A stretch of 51,953 nucleotides of DNA from Bacteroidales bacterium (GTDB lineage: Bacteria; Bacteroidota; Bacteroidia; Bacteroidales; FEN-979): contig DATJQF010000162.1 of assembly GCA_035505995.1 (NCBI GenBank), positions 1 through 51,953 on the forward strand, written 5' to 3'. The stretch's first letter is position 1; each line of letters opens with the position of its first letter. The translations under genes and the position numbers were made by a program. Below are positions 9,345-18,414 of this stretch, in pieces. The notes under the pieces are model-generated. The model did no database searches. It was not told the DNA's origin and worked only from the letters and a program-made list of their open reading frames with translations.

Positions 9345-10402
9345 CGTTCTCTCACCAGGTTCATGAAATCATCAAAAAGGAACTCCGTATCCACGGGTCC
9401 GGCCGACGCCTCCGGATGGAACTGCACGGCTATGAAAGGCTTCTCCTTATGCCGGATCCCTTCGCAGGTATCGTCATTGAGATTGCGAAACCATACTTCC
9501 CAGTTGAGAGGCATGGATTTGCTGTCCACCGCATATCCGTGATTCTGAGAGGTCACAAAACATCGCTGATCCGCCGGCAGGATCACCGGCTGGTTATGGC
9601 TGCGGTGACCGTATTTCAGCTTGTAGGTCTTTCCACCGGCGGCGAGTGCCATGATCTGCGACCCGAGACAAATGCCGAAGACCGGTTTATCGCCCTCCAG
9701 CATCTGCCGGGTGTTTTCAATGGTCCGGTCGCACAGGGCAGGATCTCCCGGACCGTTGGAAAGTAGCACGCCGTCGTAGAGAGCCGGATCGGGCAGGCGG
9801 TCCCACGGGACGACCGTCACCGTCGTGTCCCTTTTCAGCAGGCAACGGATAATATTGTTCTTGGTGCCGCAGTCGACCAGGACGATCCGGTATCTCCCGC
9901 TTCCATACGTCTTGATCTCCCCGGAAGAGACTTTTGCCACCAGGTTCTCTTTGTTCGGATCATAATATCCGGGGTCCCGGTTGATAACGATCTTCCCGAG
10001 CATCGCGCCTTCCTCGCGGATGATCTTGGTGATAGCCCGGGTATCCACACCGTATATGCCGCTCACATTCTGCTGCTGCAGCCATTCCGCCAGGCTCTTC
10101 TCCGCATTCCAGTGACTGTAAGAAAAGGAGTAATCGGCGATCACGAGCCCGGTGACCTGCACTTTTTCCGATTCAAAATTCTCCGGCAGTCCGTTTGCCT
10201 GCTTCATAACCGGAACTCCGTAATTACCTATCAGGGGAAAGGTCGAGACCAGGATCTGGCCTTTATAGGAAGGATCGGAAAGACTTTCGGGATAGCCGGT
10301 CATCGCCGTGGAGAATACCACTTCGCCCGCAGCGGAAAGTCCGGCGCCGAAAGAAAATCCGTGGAATTCGTGGCCGTCCTCAAGGACCAGCCGGGCAGGC
10401 AT
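9335..10402 (-). CDS. carA: Carbamoyl-phosphate synthase small (glutaminase) subunit
   Basis: GATase motifs GICLGSQ (Cys nucleophile) and VQFHPEA. The track ORF starts at GTG 10429. The ATG at 10402 gives MPARLVLEDGHEFHG, which matches the canonical CarA N-terminus. The gene overlaps carB by 10 nt. Confidence 0.95.
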   Translation of the reverse strand: MPARLVLEDGHEFHGFSFGAGLSAAGEVVFSTAMTGYPESLSDPSYKGQILVSTFPLIGNYGVPVMKQANGLPENFESEKVQVTGLVIADYSFSYSHWNAEKSLAEWLQQQNVSGIYGVDTRAITKIIREEGAMLGKIVINRDPGYYDPNKENLVAKVSSGEIKTYGSGRYRIVLVDCGTKNNIIRCLLKRDTTVTVVPWDRLPDPALYDGVLLSNGPGDPALCDRTIENTRQMLEGDKPVFGICLGSQIMALAAGGKTYKLKYGHRSHNQPVILPADQRCFVTSQNHGYAVDSKSMPLNWEVWFRNLNDDTCEGIRHKEKPFIAVQFHPEASAGPVDTEFLFDDFMNLVRERCR

Positions 10403-10490
10403 TTTTGATTGTCGGGAGGATCCGGTCACCAGTCAGGCGGTTGATCGGGGCGTAAAAGTAAGCAAAAATGCCGGCAGGCGGTGTAAACAG

Positions 10491-10517
10491 TTTATAAAGT
10501 TTATAAACTTTACAAAC
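10491..10517. repeat. Tandem 9-bp repeat (TTTAYAAAS)x3
   Basis: TTTATAAAG TTTATAAAC TTTACAAAC lies immediately downstream of the stop (10518-10520) of the T9SS cargo gene and upstream of carA. It shares an identical 19-mer with the array at 12713-12766. Confidence 0.9.
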
Positions 10518-12626
10518 TCACCGGACGATCGAGATCTTTTGCACTGAATCTCCCCCGGATCCGGTCAGGCGGACCAGGTATAATCCCGATGGTATCGTTG
10601 AAACGTCCAGGCTGCTCTGCAAAGTTCCGCTCCCGATGGATTTTTGCAGAACCGTTCTTCCTTCCAGGTCGGTTATTGTAATCTCTACCGGATCTTTCGG
10701 CATCGACTCAAACCTGATCGTTACGGTGGAGGTTGCCGGGTTCGGGTAAAGAGTGAATGAATTTCCGCTTGCACCCGGATGATCGCGGATCCCCAGGAAC
10801 GATTGGCCGTTGGGCAGGACACCTGAAATATAGGCGTTCCGGATCACGTCGATCCTGTTCCCGAGCAAAGTGACGGAGGGCAGCGAATCATTCCCCGTAT
10901 AATCCCGGGCGAATACGAAGGCGAAATCCAGTTCCTGCACATCGCCGGGGCGGAAGGTGAAGGGTCCCATGGAGGCCAGTCCCCGCCGGTCGCTGGGGAC
11001 GTTCCCGGCAGTTTTCTCGGTCCAGTATTCGGGTCCGTTGGGCGGTTCGCATCCCACTCCCCAGTTGAGGGTATCGGAATTGCCCGGGAACATGAAATTG
11101 CATGCGGGTCCGTAACCGCCGGCGGAAGAATGTCCTTCTCCCCCGTATATAATATGCGTGCTGTCCTTCCAGTATCCCTGCATCATCCGGTAATAATCCG
11201 GCGCATAATCGGGATCGGTGGCCCACACCGGGAAGCCTGCCGAGGTATTGAAAGTGAAATTAAATTCCCTCATCCCCATGCGCTCGTTATCGGTGATCCC
11301 GTCGCCGAAACCGGTTCCGTTCACGCTTTCATTGCAAAGCTGGTGGCCGAGGTTGTCTTTGGAAGGATTATCCAGGTCGTCCGGGTCCAGGTAAGGTCCG
11401 GCCAGGATCGTGACGGCCTGCGCCGGAGGATGATCGCCGTACGAAGGAGGCAATCCGTCGCCGTCCACCGGATCCCCGTTGTATCCGAAATAGCTTCCCC
11501 GCTGGACATCACAACCGACATAATCATCAACGGCACTCCCGATATCCAGGTCGGTAAATACCCCGATATAGGTATTGGAGTAAGTTCTCTGGGAACGGTT
11601 GTAGATCTCGTAATTCACGAAGACCGTATTGTTGAAAGCCGAATCTGTCGGTATGTCATATTCATAGGCCATTCCGTGGATCTCGGCTTTCATCCGGTTC
11701 CCATAGGTTTCCAGGTGGGCCGACCGGTCATCGTTGAAAATGAAATACAATGCCTGGTCTCCCCGGATGGCAGGATAATCACCGTCGTAAGGATTGTAGG
11801 TGCCGTCCCCGTTCCGGTCATAAAAAGGAGCCAGGATGGGGGCTTCTCCCAGCTGGACGTCGCCGTTCCCGGGCCAGGTGAGGATATCCCGGATCGGAAC
11901 ATACCCCGCGTCCTGCCAGTGCGCCTTATGATATTCAATGTCGGATTTTTTCAGATTCCATACCCGGTTCCAGACTGTGTCCTGCACGGCGGAATAGTTA
12001 ATTGAATCCATCACCGGACCCGCCCAGTAATCGGGAGATAATCCCGCTGGTCCGACAACCGGTCCCTGCCGGTAACGCTCGGCTGCCAGGTACAGCAGCC
12101 CGTCGTCTCCCGTGCCTCCGATCCAGAAAGAATTGCAGAAGATGGTCGACCGGCCGCTTCCTTTCGGCACGATAAAGTGACTGACGCTCCCGTCGGGGGG
12201 ATTCTGGAAATGATTTCCGAAAGCCGCGAACGCAGCGCTCACGTTGTTCAGGTAAAGGGAATCCACCGAGTGATCACGGATCCGGAAGATCAGCGCCGCA
12301 TTGGATATCTCATTCAGGGTAAAATCACGGAGCACATAGGACCCCGTAAAAATGCCCGGGCATCCCCAATGGGGCGCAAGAAAGGTGTAGGTTCCTCCCG
12401 AGACCAGGGTTTTTTGGATCCAGCCTGATCCGGTGCTCACACCCATGACCCGGATAGAGTCGCCCGGAGGGACTGTGTCATTCGAGAGAAGATCCACGGT
12501 GACCGTGATCCCGGGAACAAGATCAATGGTATCGTTCACCGCCTGTAAAGTCTGGGAATGTGCAGCATTTGCCGCGAAGAAAATCAGGACGGCTGTCAGA
12601 AGCAGGGTGCCTTTTAACCATTTCAT
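10518..12626 (-). CDS. Secreted protein of unknown function with T9SS C-terminal sorting domain
   Basis: Signal peptide MKWLKGTLLLTAVLIFFAANAAHSQ (ATG at 12626 is preferred over the track start 12686). N-terminal cadherin/Ig-like motif VNDTIDLVPG..VTVDLLSNDT. C-terminal CTD TLYPNPATSTVTIRF...GLYLVRLTGSGGDSVQKISIVR. I recognise no catalytic motif. Confidence 0.75.
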   Translation of the reverse strand: MKWLKGTLLLTAVLIFFAANAAHSQTLQAVNDTIDLVPGITVTVDLLSNDTVPPGDSIRVMGVSTGSGWIQKTLVSGGTYTFLAPHWGCPGIFTGSYVLRDFTLNEISNAALIFRIRDHSVDSLYLNNVSAAFAAFGNHFQNPPDGSVSHFIVPKGSGRSTIFCNSFWIGGTGDDGLLYLAAERYRQGPVVGPAGLSPDYWAGPVMDSINYSAVQDTVWNRVWNLKKSDIEYHKAHWQDAGYVPIRDILTWPGNGDVQLGEAPILAPFYDRNGDGTYNPYDGDYPAIRGDQALYFIFNDDRSAHLETYGNRMKAEIHGMAYEYDIPTDSAFNNTVFVNYEIYNRSQRTYSNTYIGVFTDLDIGSAVDDYVGCDVQRGSYFGYNGDPVDGDGLPPSYGDHPPAQAVTILAGPYLDPDDLDNPSKDNLGHQLCNESVNGTGFGDGITDNERMGMREFNFTFNTSAGFPVWATDPDYAPDYYRMMQGYWKDSTHIIYGGEGHSSAGGYGPACNFMFPGNSDTLNWGVGCEPPNGPEYWTEKTAGNVPSDRRGLASMGPFTFRPGDVQELDFAFVFARDYTGNDSLPSVTLLGNRIDVIRNAYISGVLPNGQSFLGIRDHPGASGNSFTLYPNPATSTVTIRFESMPKDPVEITITDLEGRTVLQKSIGSGTLQSSLDVSTIPSGLYLVRLTGSGGDSVQKISIVR

Positions 12627-12712
12627 AAGATTAGTATTAAGCGAGTACTTACCTGTAAATTTTATATAGTATTGACAAATATACAATATCCTATAAGCGA
12701 TTTCAAGTGAAC

Positions 12713-12766
12713 TTTATAAACTTTACAAACTTTATGAACTTTATAAACTTTATGAACTATTTGAAC
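12713..12766. repeat. Tandem 9-bp repeat (TTTAYRAAC)x6, imperfect
   Basis: TTTATAAAC TTTACAAAC TTTATGAAC TTTATAAAC TTTATGAAC TATTTGAAC. The array spans the stop codon (12750-12752) and the last codons of the GT87-like gene. It lies upstream of the T9SS cargo gene. Confidence 0.9.
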
Positions 12767-13997
12767 TTCCAGGCTTCAGCATGCCTTTCCTGAGGTCCAG
12801 GAAAAACACCAGCGCAAAGAGCGCCATCGCCAGGTTGCTCAGACCGATCAGTCCCATGAAATAAAGCTTATTGGAAAAATCGGTCCCGAGGAGATCCGTG
12901 GAGTTGGCTCCATAAAAGAAGATCAGCACCACCAGTACAGGAATGAACCAGAATAATTTTTTCCGGGAGATATAGTAGATGATAAAAGCGATCAAGGGGG
13001 CGGATGCCAGGAAGTGCTCCGAATCGGTCTTGAAAACATTCGGAATGATGGCGATCAGCAGCAGCCATTCCATCGAGAAATCCGCCGCTTTGATCCCGGC
13101 CTGATCCCCGTTTTTTTTCTCTTTCTGCAGGTTCCGCAGGATGAATGCGAGAGCCAGGAGACCGGCCAGGACAAGAAGGACGTACTGATAATATCCTTCC
13201 ATGCCCGGGAAAAGATGATGCTTCAGAAAATAAAAGAGGGTATTGATCCCGAGATAGGTGTCCGCATGATAGAGCATGGTTCTGAACCAATCCAGGTGCA
13301 AGGCCCAGTTCCGGGTCCACCCCAGGTGCAGCGCCGGGAGCAGGAAACCGGCTGCCAGTGCCAGGGCCGTCCCACCCAGGGTTTTCCAGTACCTGCGGAC
13401 CAGCAGGGGCAGCGCCAGCAGCACGAAAAAAGGCTTGGTGAGCAGGATCAGTCCGAACAGGATCCCCGCCCTCCACGGCTTTTTCTCCAGCAGGTTCGTC
13501 AGCGATGCGAGGCTCAGCATCAGCAGCAGGGAGTTGATATTCCCCAGGTGCAGCTCCTTCACCAGGTGGATCAGGACGCAGACGAAGGCGGCGGAAAGAA
13601 GCAATCCCTCCCGCTTCGTCGATCCTGCAAACAGGTACCGGTCCAGGATCCTTTTTATCAGGATGAAGGAATACCAAAAAGACACGCACAAAACAATGAA
13701 ATGAAGGATCGCCGCAATTTTATACGGCAGAATGGTATAAGGAAGAAAAAAGTATAAAATGACCGGGGAGTATTTGTAGATCCCCGAACCCTGGTCGAAT
13801 ACGGTGAAGTACACCGGCTCGCCTTTTACCAGCGCCCGGGCTGCCTGGTAATAGACATCGAAATCGGTCAGCCAGAACCGGCCGTTGATGTTCTCGAAAG
13901 TAAAGATCAGGATAAAAAGAAGCGAAGCAAAAAGGGTGAATCCCAGGGCCGTCCTGTCTTTTAAAAGGGCCTGACGGAGGGATGCCATAAATTCCAT
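12750..13997 (-). CDS. Polytopic membrane glycosyltransferase, GT87/DUF2029-like
   Basis: At least 10 TM helices by eye. The N-terminal loop motif DFDVYYQAARALVKGEPVY is characteristic of DUF2029/GT87 polyprenol-phosphate-sugar-dependent transferases. Confidence 0.65.
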   Translation of the reverse strand: MEFMASLRQALLKDRTALGFTLFASLLFILIFTFENINGRFWLTDFDVYYQAARALVKGEPVYFTVFDQGSGIYKYSPVILYFFLPYTILPYKIAAILHFIVLCVSFWYSFILIKRILDRYLFAGSTKREGLLLSAAFVCVLIHLVKELHLGNINSLLLMLSLASLTNLLEKKPWRAGILFGLILLTKPFFVLLALPLLVRRYWKTLGGTALALAAGFLLPALHLGWTRNWALHLDWFRTMLYHADTYLGINTLFYFLKHHLFPGMEGYYQYVLLVLAGLLALAFILRNLQKEKKNGDQAGIKAADFSMEWLLLIAIIPNVFKTDSEHFLASAPLIAFIIYYISRKKLFWFIPVLVVLIFFYGANSTDLLGTDFSNKLYFMGLIGLSNLAMALFALVFFLDLRKGMLKPGSSNSS

Positions 13998-14022
13998 GAT
14001 CGGGGAAGGATTCCTTATTTTT

Positions 14023-14030
14023 CAAAGGTA
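14023..14030 (-). promoter_or_regulatory. Candidate Bacteroidota -7 box (TACCTTTG) for the GT87-like gene
   Basis: The reverse complement of CAAAGGTA matches TAnnTTTG, 26 nt upstream of the ATG at 13997. Confidence 0.4.
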
Positions 14031-14258
14031 CAGAATAAAAAATCCTGCTCCCGGATGTTTTTTCGGATAAAAATTTTTGCGCTCGCTGCAAAATGCCCTT
14101 ACTGTTTTCAGCAGGGATCGCCAAATCCTCCCCCGGCAAGTCGTGATTTTGTATTTACCGGGTGGCCTGACGGGAGTTTCACACGTCTGAATCCTGACCC
14201 GTCCCAGTTCCCGGGGATCAGTTGCAAAGCTCCGTTTCCAGCCTGGGTTACCGCGTCT

Positions 14259-14266
14259 TAGTTTTG
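14259..14266 (+). promoter_or_regulatory. Candidate -7 box (TAGTTTTG) for the methyltransferase gene
   Basis: Matches TAnnTTTG, 19 nt upstream of the ATG at 14285. Confidence 0.4.
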
Positions 14267-14284
14267 CGGATAAATAAAAACAGT

Positions 14285-15130
14285 ATGAACTCCCCGGAAA
14301 ATAACAGCTGCCTGTGCCCGCAATGCAAAAGCATCCTGGAGCCCCTGCATCTGATCGGCAATACGGATGGTCTCGACGGGATCTTATCCTGTTTCAAATG
14401 CCGGATCTCTTTTACCTGCAGGAATGGCATCGTCAGTTTCATCCCCAAACCCGAAAAGAATGGTTTTACCAGAAGAATGGATTTTTTCAGAGCTGTTAAT
14501 CGCGTGTTTTACACTCCCCTTACCAACATGATGTTCTCCTTTTGCGGTGGAGTTGACTACGCACGAAGGGAAGTGCTTGACCGCCTGGAGATCCATCCGG
14601 GGGCTAAGATCCTGGAAACCGGAGTCGGACCGGGAAATAACTTTCCTTATCTCAAGGAACGTTCCACGGGGATCTCCTTTTATGGCATCGACAACCAGCC
14701 GGGGATGCTGACGCAATGCAGGCATAACATAAAGAAATGGAACCTCCCCTGTCATCTCTTCCTGGCCAATGCCGAAGAGCTACCGTTCCGGGATAATTAT
14801 TTCGATGTGGTATTTCATCTCGGGGCTATCAACATATACCAGGACAAGAAAAAAGCGATCGACGAAATGATCCGTGTGGCCCGTCCCGGGACCAGGATCC
14901 TGATCGCCGACGAAACCCAGAAAGCCGTTCATTATTTTGAATTCTTCATCGGCAAACAGCCGAAGGTCTGCCCTCCCGTGGATCTTATCCCGGACGCCAT
15001 GAAAGAGATCCGGCTGGATACGATCTGGAAAGGATTCGGATTCCTGATCAGTTTCCGGAAGCCATTGCAAACCCGGCAAAAGACAATTCAGGTCCCCGCC
15101 CGGAAAAGAGAATTTCCGTTGCTTCAGTAG
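14285..15130 (+). CDS. Class I SAM-dependent methyltransferase with N-terminal Trm112-like zinc ribbon
   Basis: CPQC...CFKC zinc-ribbon pair. SAM motif I is [11 protein letters not shown]. The motif [12 protein letters not shown] and the post-motif [10 protein letters not shown] are also present. The ATG at 14285 is preferred over the track start 14222. Confidence 0.8.
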   Translation: MNSPENNSCLCPQCKSILEPLHLIGNTDGLDGILSCFKCRISFTCRNGIVSFIPKPEKNGFTRRMDFFRAVNRVFYTPLTNMMFSFCGGVDYARREVLDRLEIHPGAKILETGVGPGNNFPYLKERSTGISFYGIDNQPGMLTQCRHNIKKWNLPCHLFLANAEELPFRDNYFDVVFHLGAINIYQDKKKAIDEMIRVARPGTRILIADETQKAVHYFEFFIGKQPKVCPPVDLIPDAMKEIRLDTIWKGFGFLISFRKPLQTRQKTIQVPARKREFPLLQ

Positions 15131-15609
15131 ATGCGGTTCAGGTAGTCCGAATAATCCCTGAGGATCGGCTCGTACGGTTCGTTCATCAGGGTGGACGAGA
15201 TCAGGAAATCAGCCGTGGAGCGGTTGCAGGCCACCGGAATGTTATATACGACCGAGATCCGCAGCAGGGCTTTCACATCCACGTCGTGCGGGTGAGGCTG
15301 CATGGGGTCCCAGAAGAAGATCAGGATATCGATCCTTCCCTCGGCGATCAGGGCCCCGAGCTGCTGGTCGCCCCCGAGCGGACCCGATTTCAGCTTGATG
15401 ATCCTGGGCGGGGTTATCTTCACCTTTTCGCTCGTTCGGTTCCGTTCGATCTCTTCCTGGAGGGCGTCCTGGATCAGCTGCCCCGTGGTGCCCGTGCAGA
15501 TCAGCCGGTGGCCGTGCAGAATATTCCAGTTCCAGCGGACCCATTCCACGAGCCCTGCTTTGCAATTATCATGCGCCACCAGCGCTATCCGTTTACGCAA
15601 GGTTGCCAT
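15124..15609 (-). CDS. mgsA: Methylglyoxal synthase
   Basis: [42 protein letters not shown] and [10 protein letters not shown] match MgsA. A short insertion relative to the E. coli enzyme precedes the GPLGGDQQ motif. Its 3' end overlaps the methyltransferase 3' end by 7 nt (convergent). Confidence 0.9.
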   Translation of the reverse strand: MATLRKRIALVAHDNCKAGLVEWVRWNWNILHGHRLICTGTTGQLIQDALQEEIERNRTSEKVKITPPRIIKLKSGPLGGDQQLGALIAEGRIDILIFFWDPMQPHPHDVDVKALLRISVVYNIPVACNRSTADFLISSTLMNEPYEPILRDYSDYLNRIY

Positions 15610-15633
15610 ATTTTTTCTTTTTGAAGTTAATTA

Positions 15634-17064
15634 TTAATCGAGCGTCTGCAGCACATGCGTTCGCTCATCCGTCATGGAACGGAGGATATTCTTCTTTAAT
15701 TCCTCGAAGACCGGGTTAACGATGATCTCTTTGTCCTTTTTCACCCTGACGTGGTAAGTATCGGTATTGAAGAGACGGGCTGTGATCACCTGTGTGGTGA
15801 CCGGACCATCCGGGGTCGCAAAGGTCAGGGAAAAGGTTCGGTACCTGGAAGGCAGCTCCATCCGGATATAGTCGCCCGACCGGCACCGGCATATTTCTTT
15901 CCCTTTGTAAGACACCCTGACTTCCACACCCGGAGAAGCACCTTCGACGTAAAAGATCAGGGTGGAAAACAGCTTCAGGTAATCGGGAAGGTCCTGCGGA
16001 GTCAGCGAACCGGTATAAAAGTCCACCTGGTACCCGGCTCCTTCTTTAGAGGTTCCTGCGGCCAATGCTCCCAGTCCTCCTACCAGTCCGCCGATGAAAA
16101 TTCCCCCGAAATAAGTTGCCATGGCCGTGTTTAACGCGATATTTCCGGCAATCTCTTCCTCTTTTATATCCCGGTCATAGATCCAGGTGGTGAACCCTTT
16201 ATCCGTTTTTTTCAGCCTGTAAAATATCTTTCCGGCATTCACATAGGTATAAAGCCCGTCGGTGAACCCCCAGATCTTTGTGGCAGCCCCTTTTTCACCC
16301 CCGGTCAGCGTGGCACGATGGATGGTGGTATCCTTATCTTTCGCGAGAGTGACCGTATAGGGGAAATTCAGATCCGGATAGCCGTCACGGAAATCGTAGA
16401 AAGTATGATATACAGCAGGCTGACCAACCCCCTGGTGAAACGCTGCAAATTGAGTGACTGGTATCAATGGATCCGATGAAATTTCATTTGCCGGAATCGG
16501 CCGATCCTTCACCAGCCCGCGTCCCTGCCTCCTTGAAAAATCATCCAGGCAGATCCCGAGGGCATTGGCTATATTCTCGGGATGCAGGTGGGTCACATCG
16601 CCGGCATGGCGGGCAAAGGTGACCCCTGCCATGAATTTATCGGAACAGGAGCTGTCTTCCCTCCCGATGATATTGATGCTGAGCTGGATGCAGCCAATCT
16701 CGGATGTCGTGTACGTGATCTCGTAAATGTACAGCCGGTTGATGCGGATAATGAGAGGCTTGAGTCCGGGCCCGGGAGGCAGGGATCGCTTCAGCAGGTC
16801 GCCGACCGCCTCGCCGATGGAAGGTCTCAGCACCGCGGGAACCACCCGGTTGGAAACCCCCTTCTGCACATACCCGATCACCGAATCTTCCCGGGAAGCG
16901 TTGATGACCCGCTCCACAAAATATCCCTGAAGCTCGCATTTGACGGTGACGTTATCCAGATTGACCGGGTAGTTCTGAGCCGTTGCGGTCAGGGACAGGA
17001 AAACGGGCAAAAAGACAAGAACCGGAAAAATGTTACTTGATCTCCTGATCATGATAGGATCCAT
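15634..17064 (-). CDS. Hypothetical secreted/membrane protein
   Basis: The track start is TTG at 17139. The ATG at 17064 (or 17052) gives the signal peptide IRRSSNIFPVLVFLPVFLSLTATAQ. There is an internal glycine-zipper TM segment (YFGGIFIGGLVGGLGALAAG). I recognise no family motif. Confidence 0.55.
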   Translation of the reverse strand: MDPIMIRRSSNIFPVLVFLPVFLSLTATAQNYPVNLDNVTVKCELQGYFVERVINASREDSVIGYVQKGVSNRVVPAVLRPSIGEAVGDLLKRSLPPGPGLKPLIIRINRLYIYEITYTTSEIGCIQLSINIIGREDSSCSDKFMAGVTFARHAGDVTHLHPENIANALGICLDDFSRRQGRGLVKDRPIPANEISSDPLIPVTQFAAFHQGVGQPAVYHTFYDFRDGYPDLNFPYTVTLAKDKDTTIHRATLTGGEKGAATKIWGFTDGLYTYVNAGKIFYRLKKTDKGFTTWIYDRDIKEEEIAGNIALNTAMATYFGGIFIGGLVGGLGALAAGTSKEGAGYQVDFYTGSLTPQDLPDYLKLFSTLIFYVEGASPGVEVRVSYKGKEICRCRSGDYIRMELPSRYRTFSLTFATPDGPVTTQVITARLFNTDTYHVRVKKDKEIIVNPVFEELKKNILRSMTDERTHVLQTLD

Positions 17065-17157
17065 GTTCGGGAGGTAAATATACGCTCTTTTTGAATACCT
17101 GATGATCAACAGTCCCGGATCCGCCTCCGGGATCTTCAATCCCGCTTCCTGCCTCTT

Positions 17158-17865
17158 CTAAAATTTCCCGAACCGCAGCGTCAGCCTGCCGGTGAACTGG
17201 TTGATCAGGTCGGCAGAGACCCCACTCAGATCCAGGTCAGGCGTATAGCGGTAGGATATACCTAATCCCAGCCTGAGATGTTTTACGATATTGAATTCCA
17301 CTTTGACGCCCGGTTCGATCACAAAAAAATGATCCCCGGAAATTACGTGGGAATGGTGATCGGGATACTCGTGCGGGTTGAACAGGGAGTCGGGATGGGG
17401 CGGATGGTCCTGAAAATACATATATCCCCCGCCAATGAGCAACGGGAAGGAAATATGGACCACCGACCTGGGCAGCAGGGTATATTCGAACAGAAAGCCG
17501 CCATATCCGCCGCTTAGATGGGCTCCGTGCCACTGGGCATCGTTTTCATTGTAATAAATATCCTTGAAATAAAGGTTACCGGAGTTGCCCACAAAGGATC
17601 CGGCGGCCCCGAGGGTCCAGTGATGATCGAGGATGATCCCCGCCTGAATCCCCGGCAGGAAGACATCCTTTGAATCAAACCGGGTGTATCCGGCGTTGAG
17701 CTCCACAAAATAGCCCAGGGGAACATGCCGGTGCTCTTTATGATTCCCGAACACCGTATTCATTTCATAACCCTTGCCGGCGCCATGCTTAAGGGTGTCC
17801 GGTTGCTGTGCGAAAACGGGAAAAGTCAGAAGGATTCCCGCCATCAGACCCAAGATCTTTTTCAT
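17158..17865 (-). CDS. Hypothetical outer-membrane beta-barrel protein with His-rich loop
   Basis: Signal peptide MKKILGLMAGILLTFPVFAQQ (ATG at 17865). Alternating beta-strand pattern with a C-terminal ...LTLRFGKF ending in Phe. His-rich segment DHPPHPDSLFNPHEYPDHHSH. Confidence 0.55.
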   Translation of the reverse strand: MKKILGLMAGILLTFPVFAQQPDTLKHGAGKGYEMNTVFGNHKEHRHVPLGYFVELNAGYTRFDSKDVFLPGIQAGIILDHHWTLGAAGSFVGNSGNLYFKDIYYNENDAQWHGAHLSGGYGGFLFEYTLLPRSVVHISFPLLIGGGYMYFQDHPPHPDSLFNPHEYPDHHSHVISGDHFFVIEPGVKVEFNIVKHLRLGLGISYRYTPDLDLSGVSADLINQFTGRLTLRFGKF

Positions 17866-17996
17866 AGTTGTAATGATGTGGATATAAAACTTCGGTTTGA
17901 CTGAAAAAGTACAAATCCACTGCAATATATTTTCAGACCCGATTATTTCATAATTTAACAGGGCTTTATGGAGTATTTAAAAGTTATTGCGGACTT

Positions 17997-18407
17997 ATGA
18001 AAAAAATCCTGCGGGGTATTGCTCTATTCCTCCTTTGCCTAAACGGGATCGGGGCTGTTTTCGGGGGGTTGGTGCTGATGATCGATCCAAGCGGTAAGCT
18101 GATCGGTTACCCGCTAAGTTACCTGGAACATTCTCCGTTTACAAACTTCCTCATTCCCGGGATCATTCTGTTCACCTGCATCGGCTGCTTCAGTCTTTTG
18201 ATTGCCTGGTTAGTCATCCGGAATGCGGACGTATATCCTTGGCTTCTTATGATACAAGGGGTTATCCTGGGAGGATGGATCATCATTGAGGTGATCATGA
18301 TCCGGATCTGGTATGCACCTTTGCACCTGACCTTCCTGCTGATCGGAGGAGGCATGACACTGCTCGGGATAATACTTGCAACCGGGAAAAAGAAAGTCGT
18401 CCCTTAA
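17997..18407 (+). CDS. Small hypothetical membrane protein (about 4 TM)
   Basis: 136 aa with four hydrophobic helices. No recognisable motif. Confidence 0.5.
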   Translation: MKKILRGIALFLLCLNGIGAVFGGLVLMIDPSGKLIGYPLSYLEHSPFTNFLIPGIILFTCIGCFSLLIAWLVIRNADVYPWLLMIQGVILGGWIIIEVIMIRIWYAPLHLTFLLIGGGMTLLGIILATGKKKVVP

Positions 18408-18414
18408 CCCGCTT

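Noticed and set aside
6987-9542. 851-aa plus-strand ORF (also 7081-7278, 8008-8310 and others) across the carB/carA region.
   Set aside because: It is entirely antisense to carB and carA, whose products are full length with canonical motifs. The translation is low-complexity (R/P/G/H/D/L-rich) with no recognisable motif. This is typical of open antisense frames in codon-biased, fairly GC-rich genes.
10500-12731. Identical 19-nt direct repeats flanking the T9SS cargo gene, considered as target-site duplications of a mobile element.
   Set aside because: There is no transposase, integrase or terminal inverted repeats between them. The 19-mers are simply in-phase parts of the two tandem 9-mer arrays. 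They are kept only as a recombination or regulatory curiosity.
13720-14261. ORFs 13720-14139 (-) and 14055-14261 (+) in the divergent GT87/methyltransferase promoter region.
   Set aside because: One overlaps the GT87 5' end out of frame, and the other has a Pro/Ser-rich composition with no motif. The region instead contains two well-placed TAnnTTTG boxes.
13998-14284. A possible small RNA, tRNA or riboswitch in the longer intergenic regions (13998-14284, 44012-44404, 45065-45239, 51515-51877).
   Set aside because: I could not fold any into a tRNA cloverleaf or recognise a known riboswitch core by eye. Only short hairpins are present. This is left as an open check by Infernal/Rfam rather than a call.
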